DNA of 64,000 nt, from contig JAIYDH010000385.1 in assembly GCA_027487585.1 (NCBI GenBank), forward strand, positions 43-64,042. The letters run 5' to 3'. Shown in pieces: positions 1 through 10,464 of the stretch. Each line of letters starts with the position of its first letter. Within the stretch, counting starts at the first letter, position 1. The notes under the pieces were generated by a model that saw nothing but the letters and a program-made list of their open reading frames with translations, was not told the DNA's origin and did no database searches. A program made the translations under genes and the position numbers. The stretch is from Rubrivivax sp. (GTDB lineage Bacteria > Pseudomonadota > Gammaproteobacteria > Burkholderiales > Burkholderiaceae_C).

Positions 1-26
1 CCCGCGCGTCGGCGCTGGTCATGGCT

Positions 27-317
27 TCAGCCCCGCGCCCTCATCGCCGTGCGGGCCTGCACGAAGCCGAAGGCGTATTTGACGGCCTCGCCCAGCTGGC
101 TTTCGCTGTCACTGCGCTCGCGTTCGCTGAGGTAGAAGACGAAGTCCACCTCGTGGCGGATGTAGCGGGGCGCGAGGCGGTTCAGCGCCACGCATGCCAC
201 GTCGGCCAGCAGTTCGGGGTCGTGGGCCAGGCCCGGGTACTGCGGCGCCAGCTGCTGCACCGCGTCGAAGACGGTGCGCTCGTTGTGGTTCCGGACGGTC
301 GTGAAATCGGCGCTCAT
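27..317 (-). CDS. ComFB-family (late competence development) protein
   Basis: 96 aa ORF; 'RNHNERTVF...LLADVACVALNRLAPRYIRH..D..FY' matches the ComFB pattern. Confidence 0.8.
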   Translation of the reverse strand: MSADFTTVRNHNERTVFDAVQQLAPQYPGLAHDPELLADVACVALNRLAPRYIRHEVDFVFYLSERERSDSESQLGEAVKYAFGFVQARTAMRARG

Positions 318-443
318 GCTTCGGCTCCTCCCCGGGGAACTGTTTTGGGGGATGAGCGCCTTATCGGCCCGAATGGCCGGTTCTGTAGCGTGAATAGTGC
401 CACCCGCAGTGGCACGCAGCGCGCGCCGCGGCCGGCTTCCGCC

Positions 444-1571
444 TCAACTGGCGCCGAGCTGTGGCACCAGCCCGGCCGGCGCGCCGCGGGCCGGCTGGGC
501 CAGTGCCTGCGGGTGGGCCTTGACGAAGTCGAGCATGCGCTCGATGCAGCCGGCCGCGCGGCCGCGCACCGGCTCGGGCACCTCGATCTCGCCCTGGCCG
601 GTTTCCAGGCAGGCCACCACGCCTTGCAGCGCGTTCATGGCCATCCACGGGCAGTGCGCGCAGCTCTTGCAGGTGGCGCTGGCGCCGGCGGTGGGCGCCT
701 CGATCAGCGTCTTGCCCGGCGCCAGCTGCCGCATGCGGTGCAGGATGCCGTTGTCGGTGGCGACGATGAAGGTGCCGCCGGCCGGGCCGTCGACCACGGC
801 CTTCAGCAGCTGCGAGGTGCTGCCGACGACGTCGGCCAGGGCCACCACGGCGGCCGGCGATTCGGGGTGCACCAGCACCTGCGCGCCGGGGTGCTGGGCC
901 CGCAGCAGCTCGAGCTCGATGCCCTTGAACTCGTCGTGCACGATGCAGGCGCCGTTCCACAGCAGCATGTCGGCGCCGGTCTGCTCCTGGATGTAGCGGC
1001 CGAGGTGGCGGTCGGGCGCCCACAGGATCTTGCGGCCCTGGGCCTTGAGGTGCTGCACGATGGCCAGCGCGCAGGAGCTCGTCACCATCCAGTCGGCACG
1101 CGCCTTCACGGCGGCGCTGGTGTTGGCGTAGACCACGACCTCGCGGTCGGGGTGGGCGTCGCAGAAGGCGCCGAAGGCATCGGGCGGGCAGCCGAGGTCG
1201 AGCGAGCAGGTGGCGTCGAGCTCGGGCATCAGCACGCGCTTGTGCGGGCTCAGGATCTTGGCCGTCTCGCCCATGAAGCGCACGCCGGCCACCACCAGCG
1301 TCTGCGCGGCATGGTCGCGGCCGAAGCGCGCCATTTCCAGCGAGTCGGCCACGATGCCGCCAGTGGCCAGGGCCAGATCCTGCAGATCGCCGTCGACGTA
1401 GTAGTGCGCCACCAGCACGGCGCCTTGCGCCTTCAGCAGCGCGGCAGCGCGCTCGCGCACGGCGCTGCGCTCGGCCGGCGGCAGCGTGGCCGGCACCTTG
1501 GCCCAGGCGTGGCGAGTGCTGCAGGCGCCGGCGGCGTCTTGCTGGGTGTAGTCGAAGAGAACGCTTTCCAT
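444..1571 (-). CDS. nadA: Quinolinate synthase A
   Basis: 'LVAHYY', 'DSLEMARFG', '[14 protein letters not shown]', 'ATCSLDLGC', '[12 protein letters not shown]', 'CIVHDEF', '[10 protein letters not shown]'. Start placed at ATG 1571 (MESVLF); the longer ORF-track start overlaps the AraC gene. Confidence 0.95.
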   Translation of the reverse strand: MESVLFDYTQQDAAGACSTRHAWAKVPATLPPAERSAVRERAAALLKAQGAVLVAHYYVDGDLQDLALATGGIVADSLEMARFGRDHAAQTLVVAGVRFMGETAKILSPHKRVLMPELDATCSLDLGCPPDAFGAFCDAHPDREVVVYANTSAAVKARADWMVTSSCALAIVQHLKAQGRKILWAPDRHLGRYIQEQTGADMLLWNGACIVHDEFKGIELELLRAQHPGAQVLVHPESPAAVVALADVVGSTSQLLKAVVDGPAGGTFIVATDNGILHRMRQLAPGKTLIEAPTAGASATCKSCAHCPWMAMNALQGVVACLETGQGEIEVPEPVRGRAAGCIERMLDFVKAHPQALAQPARGAPAGLVPQLGAS

Positions 1572-1581
1572 GGCGGGTGTG

Positions 1582-2472
1582 TCAGGCTGAATTGAAGAAG
1601 CGCCGCGGCGGCTGCCCGACCGAGCGCCGCACCATGGCCGTGAAGGCACTGGCGCTGGCGTAGCCGAGTTCGGCGGCGATGTGGGCCATCGGGCGCTTGC
1701 GCGCCGCCAGGGCCAGGGCCTTGGCCAGCAGCACCTGCTGGCGCCAGGCGGCGAAAGTGGTGCCGAGTTCCTGCCGGAACAGCCGTGCCACGGTGCGCTC
1801 GCTGGCGCCGGCCTCGGCGGCCCAGCCCTGCAGCGTGGCGTGGCGCGAGGGCTCGCTGAGCACGGCCTCGCACAACGCGCGCAGGCGGCGGTCTTGCGGC
1901 AGCTCGATGCCCAGGCGCACCGGCGCGGCGCGGCTGAGTTCGTCGAGTGCGAGATCGCCGAGGCGGCGTTCGCGGGCCAGCAGCGTGGGCGTGACGGGCG
2001 CCGTGCCGTCCATCGCGATGTCCATCTGCAGCACCAGTTCGCGCAACAGCGGGCTGACCTCGAGCACGCGGCACTGGCGCCAGGGTGCGCAGTCCGCCGC
2101 GCTGACGCCGGGGCCGGGCGCCTTGTCGTCCTGATGGACATACAAGGTGCACAGCTCGGCCTTCTCGACCACCGAGACCACGTGCTCGATGCCGGGCGGA
2201 ATCCACACCGCGCGTCCGCCCGGCACCAGGTAGGTGGCCTGCCCGGCGGTGATGCGGGCCACGCCGCTGACGGCCATCGCCACCTGCGCCCAGGGGTGGC
2301 TGTGGGGCTGGATCTGGGTGTCGGGGTCGAGCTGGCGCACCTTGGCGCGCACCGGGCGCGCCGCCGTGGGCACGAAGCGCCGCGGGTCTTGCGGCGGCAC
2401 GCTGTAGCGCATGGCGCCAGCGGCAGGCGCCCGGGGCGGTGCCCTCTTGGGGACTTGGATCGCGGCTGTCAC
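1582..2472 (-). CDS. AraC-family transcriptional regulator (cupin + HTH)
   Basis: 'HSHPWAQV...VWIPPGIEH' cupin; '[23 protein letters not shown]...[16 protein letters not shown]' HTH. True start may be about 2412. Confidence 0.9.
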   Translation of the reverse strand: MTAAIQVPKRAPPRAPAAGAMRYSVPPQDPRRFVPTAARPVRAKVRQLDPDTQIQPHSHPWAQVAMAVSGVARITAGQATYLVPGGRAVWIPPGIEHVVSVVEKAELCTLYVHQDDKAPGPGVSAADCAPWRQCRVLEVSPLLRELVLQMDIAMDGTAPVTPTLLARERRLGDLALDELSRAAPVRLGIELPQDRRLRALCEAVLSEPSRHATLQGWAAEAGASERTVARLFRQELGTTFAAWRQQVLLAKALALAARKRPMAHIAAELGYASASAFTAMVRRSVGQPPRRFFNSA

Positions 2473-2486
2473 GTTCTCGATAGAAG

Positions 2487-3788
2487 TTGACGGACTATCG
2501 TAACCCTGCCGTCGGGGGCCTGCCTACAGTCATGGCCATGTCCTCGATCACCTTGCCGGCTCCGGCGCCCACCCCCTTGCGCCAGGACGCAGCCGTCATC
2601 GGCCTCGTCGGCATCGCACACGGCGTGAGCCACTTCAGCCAGCTGCTGCTGCCTCCCCTGTTTCCCTGGCTGAAGGATGCCTTCGGCGCCAGCTACACCG
2701 AGCTGGGTGCGCTGCTGACCATCTTCTTCGTCGTCTCGTGCGTGGTGCAGGCCGTGTCGGGCTTCTGGGTCGACCGCTTCGGGCCGCGGCCCATTCTGTT
2801 TGCCGGGCTGGCGCTCATCGGTTGCGCGGCGCTGGGGTTTGCCGCCAGCACCAGCTACGTCATGTTGGCGGTCTTTGCGGTGGTGGCCGGCATTGGCAAC
2901 GGCGTCTTCCACCCGGTGGACTACACGCTGCTCAACCGCAAGGTGCACAAATCGCGCCTGGGCCATGCCTACAGCGTGCACGGCATCACCGGCAGCCTGG
3001 GCTGGGCCTTGGCGCCGGCCATGCTCGTACCCATCGCCGTGGCCGGCTCGTGGCGGCTGGCCCTGGTGTGTGCCGCGGGCGTGGCCTTTGCCGTGCTGGC
3101 GCTGCTGCTGCTGCGCCGCCACGACCTGGCCTTGCCCGCGCCTGAGCCGATGCCCGCAGGGGCCGGGTCGGCGGGCAAGCCCATGTCCGATGAGAACCGC
3201 TTCGAGTTCCTGCGCGTCCCGGCGGTCTGGATGTGCTTTGGGTTCTTCTTCTTCTACGCCGGCGCGCTGAGCGTGGTGCAGACCTTCGCCCCCGGCGCCG
3301 CAGCCCAGCTGCACGCGGTGCCGCTGCAGTGGGTGGCCTTGTGCCTGAGCATCTACATGGTCTGCGCCGCCGCGGGCATGCTGGTGGGCGGTTTCCTGGC
3401 TGCCGATCCCGAACGCTGCGAGCGCATCGTTGCCGGTGGCTTCGGCCTGGCCGCCATGGTTGCCCTGTCGGTGGCGCTGCTGCCGCTGCCGGCGCTGCTG
3501 GTGCCGGTGATGTTCGGCCTGATGGGCTTCGTCACCGGCACGGCAGGCCCCTCGCGCGACTTGCTGGTGAAGCGCTCGACGCCGGACAACGCCACCGGCC
3601 GCGTCTACGGCGTCGTCTACGCCGGGCTCGACATCGGGCAGGCCGTGGTGCCGCTGGCCATCGGCACGCTCATGGACCACGGCGCCTGGCGCGAGGTGTG
3701 GTTGTCGCTGGCGCTGCTGCAGGGCGTGCTGATCGTCAGCGCCTTTCGTGTGCGCAAGGTGCGGCGCACGGCGCTCTCGCCGGCATGA
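2487..3788 (+). CDS. MFS transporter
   Basis: About 12 hydrophobic segments; 'GFWVDRFGPR' motif A. Start probably about 2532-2538. Confidence 0.9.
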   Translation: MTDYRNPAVGGLPTVMAMSSITLPAPAPTPLRQDAAVIGLVGIAHGVSHFSQLLLPPLFPWLKDAFGASYTELGALLTIFFVVSCVVQAVSGFWVDRFGPRPILFAGLALIGCAALGFAASTSYVMLAVFAVVAGIGNGVFHPVDYTLLNRKVHKSRLGHAYSVHGITGSLGWALAPAMLVPIAVAGSWRLALVCAAGVAFAVLALLLLRRHDLALPAPEPMPAGAGSAGKPMSDENRFEFLRVPAVWMCFGFFFFYAGALSVVQTFAPGAAAQLHAVPLQWVALCLSIYMVCAAAGMLVGGFLAADPERCERIVAGGFGLAAMVALSVALLPLPALLVPVMFGLMGFVTGTAGPSRDLLVKRSTPDNATGRVYGVVYAGLDIGQAVVPLAIGTLMDHGAWREVWLSLALLQGVLIVSAFRVRKVRRTALSPA

Positions 3789-3945
3789 CCTGTGGCCTGA
3801 TCGCTGGCCCGTTCGCTGACCCGTCCGCGCGCCCTGCCTGACAGGGCCCCCGGTCGGGCCTCCAACGCCATCGTCGTGCGAGCCCGCCTGTCTTCATCGA
3901 CGCCGCCCTGATCGGCGGGCGCCGCCGCGGCTACAGTGCGCGGCC

Positions 3946-5673
3946 ATGGCATCCACCGCTGACCTCACCACTCCCCGCCTGGCGGGCCACGCGCTCGTCG
4001 AGGCGCTCGTCGCCCAGGGCGTCGACACCTGCTTTGGCGTGCCCGGCGAAAGCTACCTCGCGGTGCTCGACGGCTTCCACGAGCACCGCGAGCGCATCCG
4101 CTTCATCGCCTGCCGGCAAGAGGGCGGCGCCGCCTTCATGGCCGAGGCGCAGGGCAAGCTCACGGGCCGCCCCGGCGTGTGCTTCGTGACGCGCGGCCCC
4201 GGCGCCACCAACGCCAGCATCGGCGTGCACACGGCGTTCCAGGACAGCACGCCGATGGTGCTGTTCATCGGCCAGGTGGCCAGCGATCAGCGTGACCGCG
4301 AGGCCTTCCAGGAGCTCGACTACCGCCAGATGTTCGGCCCTGGCACGCTGGGCCTGGCCAAGTGGGCGGCACAGGTGGACAGCGCCGAGCGCCTGCCCGA
4401 GTACGTGGCGCGCGCCTTCCACACCGCGATGCAGGGCCGCCCGGGCCCGGTGGTGCTGGCGCTGCCCGAAGACATGCTCACCACCTTGACGGCCGCACCC
4501 GTGCTGCCGCGCGTGGAGCCGGCGCGCGCCTGGCCGGCGCCCGGCGGCCTGCGCGAACTGCGGGCGCGGCTGGTGGCGGCGCAGCGCCCCATCGTCATCG
4601 CCGGCGGCCCGGGCTGGGACGCCGAGGCCGCCAATGCGCTGCAGCGCTTTGCCGAGAACTGGCAGCTGCCAGTGGCCTGCGGCTGGCGCTTCCAGGACAG
4701 CTTCGACAACCGCCACCCGCTGTATGCGGGCGACGTGGGCATCGGCATCAATCCGAAGCTTGCCGCGCGCATCCGCGAGGCCGATCTCGTCATCGCTTTA
4801 GGCATCCGCCTGGGCGAGATGACCACCGGCGGCTACACGCTCCTGCAGGCACCGCGGCCGGCGCAGGCGCTGGTGCACGTCCACCCCGGTCCCGAGGAGC
4901 TGGGCCGCGTCTACGCCGCCGACCTGATGCTGCAGGCCGCGGTGCCGGCGGCGGCCAAGTCACTTGAGGCACTGACCGCGCCGCCCGAGCTGCCCTGGCG
5001 CGCCCACACGGCGGCCGCGCGTGCCGACTACGAGGCCAACCTCGAGGCGCCTGCCGTCGCGCCGATGGACCTGGCAGTGGTGGTGAAGACACTGCAGCGG
5101 CTGCTGCCCGAGAGCACCGTCTACACCAACGGCGCCGGCAACTACGCCGGCTGGCTGCACCGCTACGGCGTGTTGCCGGGTCTGCAGCACCACGGCCGCA
5201 CGCAGCTGGCGCCGACTTCAGGCGCCATGGGCTACGGCCTGCCGGCGGCGGTGGCAGCCAGCCTGCTGCAGCCGCATCGCTGGGTCGTCAACCTCGCGGG
5301 TGACGGCGACTTCCTGATGAACGGTCAGGAGCTCGCCACAGCCGCGGGGTATGGCGCGAAGAAGCTCTTGAGCATCGTCGTCGACAACGGCACCTACGGC
5401 ACCATCCGCATGCACCAGGAGCGCGAGTACCCGGCGCGGGTGAGCGGCTCCGACCTCTTCAACCCCGACTTCGCCGCGTTGGCGCGGGCCTACGGCTGGC
5501 ACGGCGAGTTCGCGGCCGACACGGGTGACGCGGTGGCGGCGCTGCAGCGCTGCATCGAGGCGATCGAGAAGCAGGACCGGCCGGCGCTGCTGCACCTGAG
5601 GCTGCCCACCGACGTGATCACGTCGCGCACCACGCTGTCGGCTATCCGCGAGGCGGCGCTGAAGTCGGCCTGA
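3946..5673 (+). CDS. Thiamine-diphosphate-binding enzyme (acetolactate synthase-like)
   Basis: 'FGVPGESYL', 'CRQEGGAAFMAEA', 'TRGPGATNA', and the ThDP motif 'GDGDF...VVDN'. Confidence 0.92.
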   Translation: MASTADLTTPRLAGHALVEALVAQGVDTCFGVPGESYLAVLDGFHEHRERIRFIACRQEGGAAFMAEAQGKLTGRPGVCFVTRGPGATNASIGVHTAFQDSTPMVLFIGQVASDQRDREAFQELDYRQMFGPGTLGLAKWAAQVDSAERLPEYVARAFHTAMQGRPGPVVLALPEDMLTTLTAAPVLPRVEPARAWPAPGGLRELRARLVAAQRPIVIAGGPGWDAEAANALQRFAENWQLPVACGWRFQDSFDNRHPLYAGDVGIGINPKLAARIREADLVIALGIRLGEMTTGGYTLLQAPRPAQALVHVHPGPEELGRVYAADLMLQAAVPAAAKSLEALTAPPELPWRAHTAAARADYEANLEAPAVAPMDLAVVVKTLQRLLPESTVYTNGAGNYAGWLHRYGVLPGLQHHGRTQLAPTSGAMGYGLPAAVAASLLQPHRWVVNLAGDGDFLMNGQELATAAGYGAKKLLSIVVDNGTYGTIRMHQEREYPARVSGSDLFNPDFAALARAYGWHGEFAADTGDAVAALQRCIEAIEKQDRPALLHLRLPTDVITSRTTLSAIREAALKSA

Positions 5674-5899
5674 GCGCCGCAGTCTGCGGCGCCGCTCACC
5701 GCGAGAAGCCAGGCTCGGGCGCCTGAGCAACTGCCGAGACTTGGCAGCGGCCGCCGCAGCGGTTCTGGGCCTTCGGTGGGTTCGGATGGCCAGGAAGCAG
5801 ACGCGTGCCATAGCTGACTCGCGTCCAGTTGCGGACACTCACGACAGCCAGCCGGCCGTCTGTTCAGCATCCAATCTGCTCCTTGCTCGCGTCACGGAG

Positions 5900-6417
5900 A
5901 GCATCGGCTTCATCGTCGACTCCGCCGGTGCAGAGCATCGTCAACAACGCCGGTATCCACGACGACGCGGCGTTCCCTGGCATGCGTGCGGTGCAGTGTC
6001 ACTGCGTCATCGACGTCCTGCTGAACGGCTTCTTCCGTGTCACCCAGCCGCTGATCCTGCCGATGATCGTCACGCGCTTGGGCCGCGTCATCAGCATCTT
6101 CTCGATGGCCACCTTGACGGGCAACCGCCGCCAGCTGAATTGCGCCGCCGCCAAGGGCGCGCTGAACAGTGCCACCAAGGCAATCTGCCTGGAGGTCGCC
6201 AGCCGCGGCGCGAAGGTAAACACCATCGCATCGGTCATCGTTGCTTCGCCGATGGCCGATGGCCGATGGCAGCTTCGAAATGGACATGATCGAACGCTAG
6301 GCGCATGCCGAGCGAGTCCGCACACCCGAGGAGGTGGCGGCGCTGGCCGGTTTGCTTCCCAGCCCGGAGGCGCCCTACAGCACCGGGCAGGTGATCTCGG
6401 TCAACGGCGGGCTCTAA
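5900..6417 (+). pseudogene. fabG: Degenerate 3-oxoacyl-ACP reductase (FabG-like SDR) fragment
   Basis: 'IVNNAGIHDDAAFPGM...LNGFFRVTQPLILPM...GNRRQLNCAAAKGALNSATKA...EVASRG' then a frameshift to 'GQVISVNGGL*'. The N-terminal Rossmann part is missing and the YxxxK Tyr reads Cys. Confidence 0.7.
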
Positions 6418-6440
6418 AGGTCCTGGTGCCGTTGTGGCCG

Positions 6441-7346
6441 CTAGGCCAGCGCCGCTGCCGCTGCTGCCGCGGCACCGGTGAATTGCGGCCCACGCAGCGC
6501 CGCCGCGTCGTAGCCACGGTTCACATCCAGGCCGGTGATGTGCCAGTCGTGCGCCGGCAGGCGCAGCGGGTGCACCACCTCTTCGTAGGAGCGCATAGGC
6601 CACAGCACACCAAAGTGCTTGGTGTGCTCGAAGGTGTCGACCTCGGCCACCGCGCCACGCGTATTGGCAAAGCCTTCGAGCGTGAAGCGCACGCGTCGCG
6701 TGATGCCACGCTCGGCGTCTATGTACACCGCCACGCGGTCCAGCGCCACCCGGCCCAGGCCCGGACGTTTCCACACCTGCACGATGCGACAGGGACGGCC
6801 GTCGACACGTTCGCTGCCGCCCATCTGCACCACGTGGCCCTGGCCCACCAGCCACAGCGGGCCGAGCAGGAAGAGCCCGTAGGCCTCGGCCACCAGAGCC
6901 GATGCGGCCTGCACCTCGGCGCTGGTGCTAGCCTGGCCGTTGAACCACACCGCCACTTCGCCCAGATGCGCTGCGCTGGCTTGGCCGCGCTGCCACCAGA
7001 CCTGCTTGCGTCCGGCCGGCCCGGTGTAGGCCTGGGCCACCACGCCGGCCTGCGGCAACAGGCGCTCTTCAGACCAGCCGCGAAAGCCCTTGTCCACCAC
7101 GATGGGTTGGATACGGTCGATGAACGGTCGCCAGGAGCCGTCGTAGCGCACGTTGATGTTCTTCAGCTCACGGTAGGCCGACAGGCCGTGCGTCTCGGCG
7201 CTTTCGCGCAGCAGGCGTTCGGCGGCCGGGTCGGAGGCAGGCGCTTCGGGCAGGTTCAGGGGCAACGGGGTGCCGCAGCCGGCCAGCGACCAGACGGGCA
7301 GCGCAGCGCCCAGGGTGAGCAGGCGGCGGCGGGTGATCGAGTGCAT
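6441..7346 (-). CDS. Hypothetical lipoprotein with twin-arginine-like signal
   Basis: MHSITRRRLLTLGAALPVWSLAGC: RR motif and lipobox LAGC; codon style is gene-like. Start ATG 7346 chosen by eye. Confidence 0.7.
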   Translation of the reverse strand: MHSITRRRLLTLGAALPVWSLAGCGTPLPLNLPEAPASDPAAERLLRESAETHGLSAYRELKNINVRYDGSWRPFIDRIQPIVVDKGFRGWSEERLLPQAGVVAQAYTGPAGRKQVWWQRGQASAAHLGEVAVWFNGQASTSAEVQAASALVAEAYGLFLLGPLWLVGQGHVVQMGGSERVDGRPCRIVQVWKRPGLGRVALDRVAVYIDAERGITRRVRFTLEGFANTRGAVAEVDTFEHTKHFGVLWPMRSYEEVVHPLRLPAHDWHITGLDVNRGYDAAALRGPQFTGAAAAAAAALA

Positions 7347-8034
7347 TGGCATTGCGGGCAGCGTGGGCATGAAGGCGGGCGGGGAGGCCCAAGGACGGCA
7401 GGCAGCAAGGCCGCGTGCGAACTCATTTCCCGTCGGGATGGCCACGGCCAGCAAGCCGACCACGATAGCTGGCCTGCGAAGCCCATGCATATTGACGGTG
7501 GAGCCGTGGGTAGCATTTGCCGCAGGTGCACTGCCCCCGGTCCCAAGACCGACCCACCAGAGGAATCCACATGCTGAAGACCAGCTGAGCATCGGATCTT
7601 CAAGCGCCCTCAGCATGGCCCAGCAGAGGGCAGCTGGTGCTCCAAGCCGAGTCGGCTGACGGCTGAGATCCTTCCCAAGCTTGGCTTCTCCGCAGGCATG
7701 GTCGTCGACCCTGGCGTGGGACATGCCGCACAGACACTGTGCGCAGCGCCACTCCGGATGCAGGGCAGCTATGCGGCCCCTGGCGTGTCGCTTTGACGGC
7801 GGACGCGGGTCAGGCAGCGACGTTGTGTCCCGCACCGCGAGCCCGGCCCCTGGGCGGCGGTTGGGGATCGAGCCCGAGGTGGGTGAGGATCCCCCCCCTG
7901 ACCGGCCGCTCCAGGATAGCCGCCATGGTCTTCAGTCAACCGGTGCCACAGTTCGGGCATTGCGGCGTGCCAATCTCGAAGACGCGCTATAGCAGCGGCG
8001 CCCGACTGTCAGCTTCGTGGCGCCGAGCGCTCGA

Positions 8035-8964
8035 TCAGCTCCGCGGGTTGATCAACAGCAGCACCACCCCGGCACACACCACGCCGGCTGCCAGCCACTC
8101 GCCTGAAGTCACGACCTCGCCGCCGAGCGTGACGCCGAGCACCAGCCCGATCACCGGGTTGACGAAGGTGTAGCTCGAGGCCAGCGCGGTGCTGGTGCGT
8201 TGCAGCAGCACCATGTAGGCCGAGAAGCCGATCAGCGAGCCGGCCACCACGAGGTATGCCCAGGCGCCCAGCGCGCGGCCTTCCGGTGGCCACTGCGGCT
8301 GCTCGCCCGCGGCGAGGGCTGCCAGCGTGAGCAGCACGCCGCCGGCCAGCATCTGGCTGCCGTAGCCGGCGGCGCCGGGCGCCAGCGCCAGCGAGCCGCC
8401 GCCCAGCGCCTGGGGCAGGCCGTGCCGGGCCCACACGCTGCCGATGCTCCAGGTGACGCAGGCCAGCATCAGCACCAGCAGCCCGCTCACCGAGGCGCTG
8501 AAGCCGGCGCCCATCGACAGCATCACCACGCCGACGAGGCCGAGCGCGATGCCCAGCGCCTCGCGGCCCGTGGGGCGCACGCCGTAGGGCCACTCGGCCA
8601 GCGCCACCAGCGCGGGCACCACCGCGATGAAGGCCACCACGAGGCCGGAGCTCACGGTGGTCTGCGCCACCGCCGTGGCGCCGTAACCGCCGCCCAGCAT
8701 CAGCGCGCCCAGCACGGTGGCGCTCACCCACTCGGCCCGCGTCGGCCAGCGCGCGCCGCGCCACAGCGCCCAGGCCAGCAACAGGCCGCCAGCGGCCAGG
8801 AAGCGCGTGCCCATCTGAAAGAACGGCGGAAAGCTCACCAGCGCCCACTTGATGGCCAGGTAGGTGGAGCCCCAGATCAACCAGGTGGCCGCCAGGCAGG
8901 CGGCGATCAGCGGGCCGCCGGGGGCGGCCGTGGGGTGGACGGAGGGCAGGGCGGAACTCGACAT
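8035..8964 (-). CDS. EamA/DMT-family drug/metabolite exporter (YedA-like)
   Basis: 'TWLIWGSTYLAIK...FPPFFQMGTRFL...YTFVNPVIGLVLG'; about 10 TM segments. Confidence 0.9.
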   Translation of the reverse strand: MSSSALPSVHPTAAPGGPLIAACLAATWLIWGSTYLAIKWALVSFPPFFQMGTRFLAAGGLLLAWALWRGARWPTRAEWVSATVLGALMLGGGYGATAVAQTTVSSGLVVAFIAVVPALVALAEWPYGVRPTGREALGIALGLVGVVMLSMGAGFSASVSGLLVLMLACVTWSIGSVWARHGLPQALGGGSLALAPGAAGYGSQMLAGGVLLTLAALAAGEQPQWPPEGRALGAWAYLVVAGSLIGFSAYMVLLQRTSTALASSYTFVNPVIGLVLGVTLGGEVVTSGEWLAAGVVCAGVVLLLINPRS

Positions 8965-9021
8965 GGGCCCAGATGCTAGGCAAACCCGCCCGCGCGATGA
9001 AGGGCCGATTCAAGGAACGAA

Positions 9022-9546
9022 GTGCCAAACGACTTGCGTTTGCAGGTTCGCGGCGGCACAGTCCTTGAAATGCCGCCCCCTATGCCGTTCGACACCTACG
9101 ACACCCGCATCCTGGCCGAACTGCAGGCCGACGCGCGCATCTCGCTGGCCGAACTCGGCCGCCGCGTGCACCTCAGCCAACCCGCCGTGGCCGAGCGCGT
9201 GAAGAAGCTGGAGGCTGCTGGCGTCATCACCGGTTACCGCGCCACCGTCAACCTGCAGGCGCTGGGCTATGGCATCCGCGCGCTGGTGCGCGTGGGCCGC
9301 TGCGACTTCGAGCGCATGACGCGCCTGGTGCGCGAGCGGCCGGAGGTCGTCAACGCCTTCAACATCACCGGCGAGGACAGTTGGCTGCTCGAGATCGCCG
9401 TGGCCGACGTGGCCCACCTCGATGCCGTGGTCAGCCAGTTCTGCCTGTTCGCCGAGACCTCCACCTCCATCATCCTGAAGACCGTGCTCGACCAGCGTGT
9501 GATGCTGCCGCGCGCGGCCTTGGCCGCCCTGGAGCCCACGACATGA
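9022..9546 (+). CDS. Lrp/AsnC-family regulator
   Basis: 'D..ILAELQADARISLAELGRRVHLSQPAVAERVKKLEAAGVITGY'; divergent from the exporter. Start probably about 9070-9082. Confidence 0.92.
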   Translation: MPNDLRLQVRGGTVLEMPPPMPFDTYDTRILAELQADARISLAELGRRVHLSQPAVAERVKKLEAAGVITGYRATVNLQALGYGIRALVRVGRCDFERMTRLVRERPEVVNAFNITGEDSWLLEIAVADVAHLDAVVSQFCLFAETSTSIILKTVLDQRVMLPRAALAALEPTT

Positions 9547-10040
9547 TCGACTTCGCCACCTGCGACCTCTGCGACCCCTTCCGCGACGACCCCACGGCGC
9601 TGCGCGTGCTGCCGCCGACCTGGCACGACTACGGCGGCGTGCCGCGTTTCGCCGGCCCGGTGGTGACGGTGCAGTGCTTCGAGGACAACGTGCTCGTGAA
9701 GTCGCTGCTCGACACACCGGGCCTGGGCCGCGTGCTGGTGGTCGATGGCGGCGGCAGCCTGCGCACCGCCCTCGTGGGCGGTAACCTGGCCGCGGCGGCG
9801 GCGGCCAATGCCTGGGCCGGCATCGTGGTGCACGGCGCCGTGCGCGACGTGGCCGAACTGCGCGCTACCGCCGTGGGCGTGCGCGCGCTGGCGCTGTGCC
9901 CCATGCCCCCGGCCAAGCGCGGCGCCGGGCAGCAGGGTGTGCCGGTGCGGCTGCAGGGTGTGGTGGTGCGCCCGGGCGACTGGTTGTACACGGATGCGGA
10001 CGGCATCGTCGTCAGCGACGGTCCGCTGCACGCCGCCTGA
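9543..10040 (+). CDS. rraA: RraA-family protein (ribonuclease E regulator / HMG aldolase-like)
   Basis: 'TCDLCD...FAGPVVTVQCFEDN..V...GRVLVVDGGGSLRTALVGG...WAGIVVHGAVRDV...YTDADGIVVS'; ATG overlaps the Lrp stop (ATGA). Confidence 0.9.
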   Translation: MIDFATCDLCDPFRDDPTALRVLPPTWHDYGGVPRFAGPVVTVQCFEDNVLVKSLLDTPGLGRVLVVDGGGSLRTALVGGNLAAAAAANAWAGIVVHGAVRDVAELRATAVGVRALALCPMPPAKRGAGQQGVPVRLQGVVVRPGDWLYTDADGIVVSDGPLHAA

Positions 10041-10058
10041 CTAGAATGTTGGCCACGT

Positions 10059-10135
10059 CGGGGTGTAGCGCAGCCTGGTAGCGCAATTGCTTTGGGAGCA
10101 ATGGGTCGAAGGTTCGAATCCTTTCACCCCGACCA
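10059..10135 (+). tRNA. tRNA-Pro (anticodon TGG)
   Basis: CGGGGTGTAGCGCAGCCTGGTAGCGC...ATTGCT-TTGGG-AGCAAT...GGTTCGAATCC...CACCCCGACCA; 77 nt cloverleaf ending in CCA. Confidence 0.95.
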
Positions 10136-10464
10136 TTCACATCAAGCATCTGCACCGATCAGGTGAACTCCGCCGCCTGGCGGGGTAGCGCCGGGGGAAG
10201 CAGCCAAGGCGGCTTGCGGTCGGACGGCATGCAGGGTGAAGCGGCCGCCTCTGCACCGACTGCGCCCTGTCGGGATGCCTGTCCTGCCGGGCATGCGACA
10301 TACAGCAGCCCATCTGTACCCCGCCGTTGCCTCCAGGGGCCACTTGCGGGGCGCCTACGGGCCTTCCCCAGCGTGCGCGCGGGCCGTGACCGCCTCAGCA
10401 AGGCCGTATACCTGCGCAGTCGGCCCTGAGCAACCCGCGTGCCGCTCTACGCTCTCGTTTTGAG

